DNA of 30,149 nucleotides. Source: Chiloscyllium plagiosum (Eukaryota). Below the pieces are notes generated by a model. That model worked only from the letters and a program-made list of their open reading frames with translations, was not told the DNA's origin and searched no databases. Position numbers and translations under genes: made by a program. This document shows positions 1 to 11,300 of this stretch, one piece after another; positions within the stretch are counted from its first letter, which is position 1; each line of letters begins with the position of its first letter. The stretch is from positions 1,053,330 through 1,083,478 of the forward strand of contig NC_057752.1 in the NCBI RefSeq assembly GCF_004010195.1, written 5' to 3'.

Positions 1-908
1 CAGCATGGAAACAGACCCTTCGGTCCAACCCGTCCATGCCGACCAGATATCCCAACCCAATCTAGTCCCACCTGCCAGCACCCGGCCCATATCCCTCCAA
101 ACCCTTCCGATTCATATACCCATCCAAATGCCTCTTAAATATTGCAATTGTACCAGCCTCCACCACATCCTCTGGCAGCTCATTCCATACACATACCACC
201 CTCTGCGTGAAAAAGCTGCCCCTTAGGTCTCTCTTATATCTTTCCCCTCTCACCCTAAACCTATGCCCTCTAGTTCTGGATTCCCCGACACCAGGGAAAA
301 GACTTTGCCTATTTATCCTATCCATGCCCCTCATAATTTTGGATACCTCTATAAGGTCACCCCTCAGCCTCCGACGCTCCAGGGAAAACAGCCCCAGCCT
401 GTTCAGCCTCTCCCTGTAGCTCAAATCCTCCAACCCTGGCAACATCCTTGTAAATCTTTTCTGAACCGTTTCAACTTTCACAACATCTTTCCAATAGGAA
501 GGAGACAAGAATTGCACGCAATATTTCAACAGTGGCCTAACCAATGTCCTGTACAGCCGCAACATGACCTCCCAACTCCTGTACTCAATACTCTGACCAA
601 TAAAGGAAAGCATACCAAACGCCTTCTTCACTATCCTATCTACCTGCGACTCCACTTTCCAGGAGCTACGAACCTGCACTCCAAGGTCTCTTTGTTCAGA
701 AACACTCCCTAGGACCTTACCATTAAGTGTATAAGTCCTACTAAGATTTGCTTTCCCAAAATGCAGCACCTCGCATTTATCTGAATTAAACTCCATCTGC
801 CACTTCTCAATCCATTGGCCCATCTTGTCCAGATCCTGGTGTAATCTGAGGTAGCCCTCTTCGCTGTCCACTACACCTCCAATTTTGGTGTCATCTGCAA
901 ACTTACTA
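1..908 (-). mobile_element. CR1-clade LINE, 5'-truncated 3' portion (RT C-terminus and 3' UTR), running off the window edge
   Basis: Open frame with FADDTK, WQMEFNSDKCEVLHFG, RDLGV, LYRTLVRP, LERRRLRGDLI and WNELP; stop at 62; similarity ends at about 908. Confidence 0.93.
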
Positions 909-1283
909 TTGCAAAACAACAAGTAGTGCCTTGAATTCTTCCAAATTTGCTTATGTCGGATCTCATTGTAACCATGTGCGCAATGAGGCACCCTCACTTC
1001 CTCCACACCAGCAGGAGCAGTGTTGACACATTAGGCCCACAGCTCCCACATTTCAAAATTAACTTCAGCCTGATTGCAGGGCTTTTTCAAAACCAAAATA
1101 AAAAAAAAAATCAACCTCACCTCAGCACCAATTGCATTCTTTTGGAAAGAGTCGAGAAGGATTACATAGCATTTGGAAGGAATGTAAGTCAGGAGGAAAG
1201 ATTTAAAGGAACCTTGTGCTGGCTTCTTCTGAAAGGGGCAAAGCTTCAAAATAACCTGGATGAATTTGTCAGGACAGGGCCGG

Positions 1284-1385
1284 GAGTGTGGTGCTGGAAA
1301 AGCACAGCCGGTCAGGCAGCATCTGAGGAGCAGGAGAATCGACATTTCGGGCATAAGCCCTTCATCAGGAAGGGCTTATTCTCCT
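1284..1385 (-). mobile_element. Solo Penelope-like terminal repeat (pLTR) fragment with a short inverted partial copy
   Basis: Closely similar to 11165-11247 and 22270-22356; 1370-1385 (aagggcttattctcct) is an internally deleted inverted copy of 1332-1362. Confidence 0.8.
1337..1370 (-). ncRNA. Minimal hammerhead ribozyme motif (PLE type) with one stem III substitution
   Basis: Minus strand reads TC CTGATGA A GGGC TTAT GCCC GAAA T GTC GATT. Confidence 0.65.
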
Positions 1386-2113
1386 AGTGAACGAACAGAG
1401 TTGAGCCTGACAAAGTGTTCACTGTGGTTGATGCATCAACTCCCAAAGGATTGAAAAAATAGCAATGGAACAAGGAAGGAAGCTCCATGGTATCTGTTTA
1501 CACAGAGGGCAATGAGAGTATTAAGTAACCAGGGAACTTAACCAGGACAGAATAAATGAGCACAGCAGCAACTAGACAGCTTCGTGGGGAAAGCAGGGAT
1601 CACAGGATAGGTAGATTCCCAGGGACTGGGCTTGTTCAACACTTCACTTTCCTTCCCTTGTTGTGTTTACAAGTGCTTCTAACAGATCTGAGGAGTGACA
1701 TTAGCTGCTTTTGGCCAAATGAGCACATCATTTGCCACTTTGGTTCTCTTTTGAAAACTGACCGATTTCGCACACAGGTGCTGAGTCTCAAATGGGTTGT
1801 CCGAAGACCAGATATTTCTTTTTACAAAGTGGCAAGCAACAATTTTAATTGTTATTAAATGAGTCAAGTAATTTATTGAGACAACTTGATGGTATTAATG
1901 TGACAGATTAGTTATCAGCCAGTCTTTTTACATGTTTGGATGGATCTAAGCAACCCTTGATCTGAGGAGAGGCAAAGGCACATTCACCTTCCTTGCCCCG
2001 GAGAACACCTTGGACCTTGGCTTCACTAAGTTTCCTGAACTCCAACCCAACTATTTGTGAAGACTCCCTCTGGTCAATCCGTTGTCATGTAATAATGTGA
2101 AGTGTAGTTTTAC

Positions 2114-2369
2114 CTGGCAGTGGTGGCGCAAGTGGTGGAGGGGGAGGAGTTGATGGTGCTGGTGTTGAAGAAACACTTTGGATTACATCTGAACGCAGGC
2201 ATGATCGAGATAACATGGAAGGATCTCCATCAGGGCAGTCACCAATAGAACTATGTCGCAGATCCATCAACTGTTTCTCCAGCTGAAACTGCCGCTGCAA
2301 AGCCTCCTCTTTCTCCTTTATCATCTTCCGCAATGTATGCACCTGGCTGCTGGCATCCTTGTATGTTTC
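2114..2369 (-). CDS. FMNL3: FMNL3 exon L (256 nt, phase 0-1): [27 protein letters not shown]...[13 protein letters not shown], coiled coil to start of FH1
   Basis: Acceptor cccatacag|GAA, donor CAG|gtaaaa; ends in a polyproline tract. Confidence 0.92.
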
Positions 2370-5300
2370 CTGTATGGGCACAAAGAGTTGGCAAGGTGGA
2401 ACGGCTAGCTGTCAAAACAGGCTTGTAGTTAAATTGCACTACTCTCCAACAAGCTTAACTGGTTTAAACGGACAAGGGGCAGGCCACTGTATGCATGTCC
2501 TCCAACCCGGGGTGTATGATGATCCAAGCCACTCGATTCAAGGGCAAGGAGGGATGAGCAATAAAAGCCGGCCTTGCCTGATCTTTAACAATCACACTTT
2601 CCAAGTCACATTGCTCAGTGTCTCCAGCCTGGCTTCAAAGAAACAGCAACCAGGAAGCAGAAAGCATTGTACTTTAAAGCAGTAGCATCCTCACCCATGA
2701 GTCCGCTCAAGAAATTTTAGCCCATTAAAGATCAATATTTAATCAATTCTCAGAGTACAATGGGAAATTGTGTCAAAGTTAATCAAGTGAAAAGGTCTTG
2801 TTTCAGGTCTCAGATCTTCCCCAGGCCTTGTGCAATGGTCTAAGGTGCACGGATAGCATAGCAACCCATGTAAAGCTGAAGTGAAAACTATGGAGTTAAG
2901 TGACTTAAGCCACAGGGGAGGTAACTTCACAGTGGTAATGTCACGAGTAATCCAGCGAACTACATTAATGCTCTGGGGATATAGGTTCAAATCCCACCAG
3001 GACAGCTGGTGGAATTTAAATTCAATTAACAGATCTGGAATATAAAACAAGTCTCAATAATGGTTGCCATGACAATTATCATAGATTGTCAAAAATCAAA
3101 TTTGTCCATTCGGGAGGGAAATCTGCCATCCTTACCTGGTCTGACCTAGGCCTATACTTGACTACAGCCCCACAGCAATGTGATTGACTTATAACCATCC
3201 TGTGAAATGGCTGAGCAAGGCACTCAGTTCAAGGGCAAAAAGGGATGAGCAATAAAGCTGGCCTTGCCTCCATCACCCACGTTCCATTAAAGAATACTGA
3301 ACTAAATTAGGCCGCTTCATATTTCCCTGGGCTTATGTGCAATCCCTCAATTTTCCTCACTGGAAATATTTAGATGGCAATTTTCATTGCTCTGGACAGC
3401 ACTGTCAAACGTTGTCACTACGCTCTACAACTTACATTCTTTTCTAATTATAGTGAGATTTCAGGAGACGGTTGACACTGCGCTACTCCCAGACCTTACC
3501 TTTATCATTTCCAGTTCATTATCCCGATGTAGTAGCTGCTTTTCCAGTTCTGCTACCCTCATCATATTTTCATTTTCCAGTTCCTGAAGCCTCTCCGATA
3601 ACTGTGGTGGTGAGGGAAGGGGATAAGGAAGGAAAGGGGGACAGTTTTAAGTTTGAATCTTTGGGAGCAAAATATTACTCTCTTCCCAGGCCCCCGCCCA
3701 TGTCTAAGTTACAGATCGCAGACTGTCCTCAAGCCACCCAGCCTCAAAACCTACACCCAATAGGACTCGGGCTTAAGAGCCACTTTGAATCCAGATAAAT
3801 GTCATGACACGTGATGAGTGTTGGTGCAGGATTGGACTGTAGTCTACTCAACACTCATATCCCAGAAGAGGTAACAAACCTCCTATTTCAGTAGGATACA
3901 AAACTGCTTTTATCCATCATATTGGATATGCTGTCAGCCAGTGAGACTTTTGGTAGTGAGAGATAGTTTTTTAATAAAAAGGCCCTATGTCCCAACACAA
4001 GTAATGACAGCTCATGGAGTCAGGTTCCTTCCCACCCCTTCATAAACCAAAACCCACCTCAAGGCAGAGTATAAAAGACAGTCAAGTAGGGGTACTTGTG
4101 GAGCTGTGGTAGTGTCCCTACCTCTGAGCCAAGAGGCACAGGTTCAAGTCCCACCTGCTCCAGAGGTGTGTAATACCATCTCTGACCAGGTTGTTTAGAA
4201 AATCATAACAAGACCCTCAATTTAATCACATGCAGACCTCTGGGAGTAGACCTCCAATACTTCAACAGCGCAGCAATGTGTGGACGTGTTCAGCTCCTGA
4301 CGATACACTTTGCTATTATCGGCCACTAGCTTGCCATGTAAAAGGGAGAGAAGCCCAATTTCACCAGTTGCATTACTTACATGCGACATGTGCTCTTCCA
4401 GTTCGTCCACTTTCTCCAAGGCCGCATTCTTAGTCTCTGCGTCCTCGAGCAAGCCTCCCACGTCAAATACATTGTCCAAGTAGGCCTGGATCTGAACTTG
4501 GAGCTTGTCGCTTTCTGTGTGCTTAGATTTCTGAGGAGAAAGTAAATTATTGCAGCCATTATGAGGAGAGCAAGTTATAAAAACAGAATTTTGTTGTCTA
4601 ATTGCCTGGCTTCAAAATCACACTGTGTGTTCATGTACAAGGAAAGAAAGTAGGAGATGATAAGGCCGTTCACAGAGTCTGAAGCCTGAGGAATGCCAAC
4701 TATTGACATTGTTGATACTTCAGGTGTAACCCTTCTTCAGGAGTCCTGAAAAAAGGTTCCACCTGAAATGTCGACTTCTCCACCTCCTGATGCTGCCTAG
4801 CTTCAGGAAAGAGAGGGGCAATTCATAGAATCCTTACAGCATAGAAAGAGGCCATCAGGTCCACACTGACCCTCCGGGGAGCTCTATCCCCTCCCTTACT
4901 CTATCCCTGCAACCCTGCATTTCCCATGGCTAACCCACCTAGCCTGCACACTATGAGGCAATTTAGCATGGCAATCCACTTAACCTGCACAATCTTTTGA
5001 CTGTGGGAGGAAACCACAGACAAGGGGAGTATGTGCAACCCCCTGTCTACACGGACAGCTACCTGAGGCTGGAATCAAACCCGGGTTCCTGGTGCTGAGG
5101 CGGCAGTGCTAACCACTGAGCTCCCATTCTCTCTTTGGTTCTGCACTCACTGCACAGCCTTCTGGTCAACTTTTTCTGATTCCTAACCAAGTATTCAGAC
5201 AGGTCCAACAGCAGTTTCAAAGCAATTAGACTGGACAATGAAACAGAGATCAGAGAAGCAGCAGTGGGCTTTCTGAGCCTGCTTCCCCCTTCAATAGGAT

Positions 5301-8300
5301 CATGACTGAATGACTTGCCGTCTCACCTCACCTTGCTGTCAGGGGCAGTGCTAATGTTGGCATCAAGTACGTGAGTGAGCCATACAACCACGATAATCAA
5401 ATCTAGCTAGCACACCAGTACTCGCAGTGTTTGGGTGTGTGGCTTCAAGCTACGAAGGGTCATTGTAAGGTTGAAGTTCAAGGTCTATTTTCATGGTGTA
5501 CTGAAGCACTGTGGTATCGTTTTGGACTAGCAATCTAGAGGCTCAGACTAATGCTCAGACAGAGCAGTTCAAATCCTGCCAGGACGACTGGAGTAATTTC
5601 AATTGAATGGATCAATAAATCTGAAATAAAACGCATGAATTATAACTAATCATCATGACAGCCATAAAAATATCTGGTTTATTAATGTCCTTCGGAGAAA
5701 GAAATCTGCTTTCCTTACCTGGTCTGGCCAACTTGTAACTCCACGATGACAGCAACACAATTGACTGTTAACTGCCCTTAGGGCAATTAGGGACGGTCAA
5801 TAAACGCAACACATGCATCCCAAGAACAAACAATTTTTAAAAAACACTTAAAATGTGCAAGGGGCCCATCAGTCAAATGCAGAATCTCTGCACTGGGTGG
5901 GAAAAATGAGAACTGGCCAGGGTAAACAGCCAGCAGGATTGTCAAAGACTATATATTTCATGAACACAAATGACGATTCTCACACCCACCTCCAGGAACT
6001 CATCAAGGCCCAGCTTGGTGAACTCAAACTGCAAGTGGACCCGGAAGTTCATGTCCTCCACTGAATGGACCACAATGTTGATGAACTGCATGCACGCCAC
6101 CTAGCAGCAAGGGCAAAGAGAAGACTTTTAGAGACCTCCTTGGAAGGCTTCTAATTCATAAGAGTCAGAGATGTACAGCACAGAAACAGAGCCTTCAGTC
6201 CAACTCGTCCATGCCAACCAGATATCCGAAATTAATCTAATTCCATTTGCCAGCATTTGGTCCATACCCCTCTAAATCTTTCCTATTTATATACCCATCC
6301 AAATGCCTTTTAAGTGTTATAATTGTACTAGCCTCCACCACTTCCTCTGGCAGCTCATTCTATATACACACACCACCCTCTGTGTGAAAAATTTACCCCT
6401 AAGGTTGTTTTGAAATCTTTCCACTCTCACCTTAAACTTCTAGTTCTGGACTCCCCTATCCTGGGGAAGATACTTTATCTATTTATGCTATCCATGCCCC
6501 TCATGATTTTATAAACTTCCATAAGGTCACCCCTCAGCCTCCAACTCTCCAGGGAAAACAGCCCAGACCTATTCAGCCTCTCCCTATAGCACAAACCCTC
6601 CAACCCTGGCAACATCCTTGTAAATCTTTTCTGAATCCTTTCAATTCTCACAACATCTTTCCTATGGCAGGGAGGCCAGAATTGAACACAGTATTTCTAA
6701 AAAGTGTTCTTAAAGTGGCTTAACCAATGTCCTGTACAGACGCCACATGACTTTCCAACTCCTGTACTCAACAAAATAAACAGCAGCCATGACGAACAAT
6801 AATGCCTGCCAAAAAGGGTTTTGGAAGCAGATTCAATAGCAATACACAGTGGAGAACTGGATAAATACTTGAAGGGGAACTATTTACAAGGCTCTACGGC
6901 AAGGGTGAAAGAGTAATTAGAGAGCTCAGGACACAGCTGCACTGGGCTAAATGGCCTCCTTCAACATTCGGTAATTCAACATTGCAAATCGAATGTGCAT
7001 TTTTTTCAGAAATGGTGAGAAATGACAGGGATGGCTTCACGTGGCACATTACACACTAGTCAACACATTCAGACAAGACATAAGCCTGCCATTTTAATAA
7101 TAAGACACAAACCCACTGAACTAAGCAAGGCAGGAATATTGCTGAGAGCCAGCACACTCAGCACAGGGCAATTCCCTCCACCCGCAATGCCAACAAGGAC
7201 GCAGGCTAGTGGTAAATGTGGAATGGGTGCAGCAGCGAGTGTAGCGTCATTGCCAGCACACTCTCCCTTTGTGAGAGTGCCCACACTGGCTCCACCACAG
7301 CCTTGCACTCTTTCCCCTTGGACCCTGAGGAATTGACGCTTACCATGAAATCAATGTTGCTGTCTTCATTGCGAAAATATTCCATCAGGTTTTCAAAGCG
7401 ATGCTTTTCTTTGCACACCTTGAAAAAGAGTTACCCCATTTATTACTTTTTACAAGAAAGTAAAACACGCTTATGGACTCCATCTTAGCAGCAGCCTGGG
7501 CAGGGGCCAACAAATTAACACCTGACTTGTGGAAGGCAAAGCATTAATACGATATGGCTGAGGAGCTTCAAATAAAGCAATAAAACTAAGCTGGCGAGTT
7601 TTCTTCCTTCTGAACACAGAGGTAACGATCTTCAGTGCTCAATAAACCTTTATTATGCCATGTGGGCTTCACCCCCTCATTCCCTGATGTGATAACCACA
7701 CCTTCCACTTTTAGAGGGAAATCTCAACTGGTGGCCAACAGTATTCACAGTGCCAGCAAAGTGTGCAACTGACAAGATTCCCTTCAGCAACTCATTCAAG
7801 GCTCAATAGACAGCACCTTCCAAACCCATGACCATTTCCATCTAGAAGGACAAGGGCAGCAGATAAATGGGAACACCAACCCCTGCAAAGTCCCTTCCAA
7901 GCCACTCACCATCCCCAAATTGGAAATATATCGCCATTCTTTCACTGTCACTAGGTCAAAATCCTGGAATTTCCTCTACAAGGGCATTGTGGGTCTACCT
8001 ACAGCACATGGACTGCAGCTGTTCAAGGAGGCAGCTCACCCCCACCTTCTCAAGGGGCAACTAGGGATGGGCAATAAATGCTGGACAGTCAGCAATGCTT
8101 ACATCCCATAAATGATTCTACAAACATATAGCCAACTCTCACAGACAATCATTGTGAGTTGCACACTTGAATGGGCATTTCTTCAACGTAAGCAAAGTCC
8201 ATTGCGAGAACTGAGAGCAGTGTTGGGGTCCTTATGGAAAGAAAGACACATTTTGCATTGGAAGCAGTGAATAAATATGCACCAGACTGATCCCTGGGGC

Positions 8301-11300
8301 AGCTGAATTGAGAAAATTGGATCTGTATTTTATCACGTTTAGAAGAATCAGAGATGATCTCATTAATGTTCACACATTTTTGACATTGTTAGTGCCTGTG
8401 AATTGGTGGAGGGTATGGGTCATGGTAGGGGCATGGGTCGTGATAGGGACAAACCAGAGACAGAGTGTTAGAATAAAGGCAGGCCATTTTGGACTGCGAT
8501 AGGGAGGAATTTCTTCACTCACATTTGGGGAGTAGTAAATCTTTGGAATTCTCTATTCCAGATAGCTGCGGAAGCTCAGGCTTTAAGTATATTCAAGACT
8601 GAGATAAAGAGATTTCTAGACATTAAAGCAAATGAGGGATATGGGATTAATGGGAAAATGGCACAAAGGTAGATGATCAGCTGCAATCTAGTCGAATGGT
8701 GAAACACACTTCCAGGGCTCTACTTTTCCCATGTTCTCAGTGTGACACAAAGATACATGCACACGCACCAGATTCCAATACTCCAAAATTCAGCAAACTC
8801 TCTTGTATCAGAGAGCTACTGTCACTGGGGGTCAATCCTACAATTTGAAAGGGTGACGTTTGCCCAAATTTAAGCAGGAATTTATTCCTACTGAAGGAAG
8901 GACAGGCTTCCTACATCACACAGTCAGCCACTGCAACTGAAGACAGCAGAACCTTGGATACAGATGGGTGACCTCTGACAAGGGATTTGAGCAACACCAC
9001 TGGTGGGCAGCTGCCATGAACAAAAACCCAAGTCACAAGAGCCCACGGAAGTCAGCTGTCGCAATTATGTTAAAGAACAAAGATAGCTCTAGACAGACAG
9101 ACAGACAGACAGACAGACACACACACACACACACGAACCAAAAAGCTTTGCTACCTCTTTGAAGTGATCAAATGCAGACAGAATGATTTCATGCCCTCCT
9201 CTCACAAGGCACACTGCTGCTAATAGCTCCAATACCAGGGCTTTGGTTCTGCAAAATAAAGAGGACAGTGACTCATCCTTGGTGATGAAGGAATTGCCAT
9301 ATGAAAACAAAAGACCAGGATCCATCTATTCCACCTTCTAGATATTTCAAATCAACCTGTTCAGGTGTGTTGAGCCTTATGGCTCAGAAAAATATGATTA
9401 ATTTCCAATACATTTGACTAACTGGTCAACATTGTAAAAATGCTTCATCAGCCTGTTTTAGACAAGTTACATGCCTGGAGTCTAGTCAGTTGCATGAACT
9501 GTTGGAAGGTAGGTCAGACAGGATCTAAAAAATGTTGTTTTCTGATTTATAACTACAGGCAAAATCAAGACAGAAGATTTTCCTGGATGAAAGAAAGATT
9601 ATCTTTTGCAGTGATGGGGTGTGCTGAGGGCAGGCTTCTAAATATACATCAATGACTAAAGATTTCACCTCCCATCATTGCCTACATCAGAACTTCATGA
9701 CCAAGGCTCCCGGGGAGAATCGGAACATTACTGCCAGTCTTGCCCTGTCAGCAGCCCACGGTTTTCTTTGTGACTAACTAACCATGACACTGTGATGGTT
9801 CAACAGGAAATGCCAGAGTGGTTGAAGTCAGCATGTTCCTCGTTCTGCCAAGTTTGCCAGTGGGGCGGCACTGACTTTCTGACAATCGGCCATCCACTAG
9901 GCTGCCAACACCCATGTCAGTCATGATCAAACTGGATGGTTGAGCTGTCTGAATGGCCTCCTCCTGTTCCTACATCCCATTCCCTTACACACAGCACCAA
10001 GGAGAAAGGCAACTGGCAAAAGCTTTGACAAATTTGTTTGAGGTATAACATTTTGGCTCACGTTGACTTTGAAGAAATAGTCACAAGAGCAGGAGAATAA
10101 GATGCTGGCTTCTTACCTGGGATTCTTGTTGTTCAAGCTAAGTGCGATTTCATTCACAGCATGTGGGTGTGACATGACTAAGTTGAAGCCGTACTGAATA
10201 AGAAAAGGAAGAAATGGAAGGGAGGGGTCATCAGCACATCTTTAATTGAAACAGATCCCAGAAAGTGAGTGAAACCTGCTGTGTCAATGGATTGGAATGA
10301 GCTGAATGATCCGTGCATCCATCGCAACAATGTCAGGCATAGGTAGGGAACATGCTGTTTTGAAGTTGCTGGGTGGAGGGGAATTTGCCGTACCTGGTAG
10401 TTCATGACAGCCCGCAAGCACATGATACAAACATGGACATCATCCTTTTGGCTCACGAGTCGGGAGTTCTTCAGGAGTTTCCTGTCAGGCAAAGTGTTGT
10501 AGCTGTGGAAGAAATTCAACATTACTACAATCATCATAAGACAGGCCACATACCCACCATAACAGAGTTGCCAGTCTCAAGACCTGGCCAGGTTGGTGAT
10601 CGAGGAACCAATGCCCATTCCTCTGGTACCCTGGATGGCTGGAGAAGCTGTGTTAAAAGATGTCCTAGCTTCTCTTTAAAATGGAGATTGTCAACACTTG
10701 ACATCAAGGGCAATGCATGGCCACTTGGATGAGGCATGCAATTAAAATGTTGCAGTTATGTAGGACCAACATTTTACAATGTCCCAAGACACCTCTTGGG
10801 ATACCAAGTCACACAAGGAAAATAGGAGTAAAGATGACCAAGATCTTGGTCAAGGCGTGTCAAAGAAGGAAAGAGAAGTAGTGAGGTGTAGATGTTTAGG
10901 GAAGAGATTCCAGCACCGACACAAACAAGACAGTTGAAGACACAGCCACCACATAAGATTTTAAGGAGGCCACCACAACCCACAGGAGGAGGAGGAGGAG
11001 GAGGAGGAGGAGGTTGGAGCAGTGAGTTTAAAACCCATCCCTCATCACTCTCAAATCACAATGACTGCAGGAAGAATACAGCAGCTGTATACAAGATTCA
11101 TTCCTTTAACATAAATATGCATAAGTGCAGAAGGAGAGGGCCTACTGAACTAGGTTCTGGATTAGTGGTGCTGGAAGAGCACAGCAGTTCAGGCAGCATC
11201 CGAGAAGCAGTAAAATCGACGTTTCGGGCAAAAGCCCTTCATCAGGAATAAAGGCAGAGAGCCTGAAGGGTGGAGAGATAATTAGAGGAGTGTGGGGGTG

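Noticed and set aside
909..1006. N-terminal part (MEEVRVPH...) of the 314-aa ORF as a true gene start
   Set aside because: It is flanking intron sequence that happens to be in frame with the truncated CR1 ORF2.
1..2113. Next FMNL3 exon (rest of FH1 and the IKKPIKTKF start of FH2)
   Set aside because: No matching sequence found by eye; it probably lies beyond the window edge.
4088..4205. tRNA gene call from A/B boxes (also at 2915, 5122 and 22050)
   Set aside because: No complete cloverleaf is evident, and the boxes run into repeated SINE bodies.
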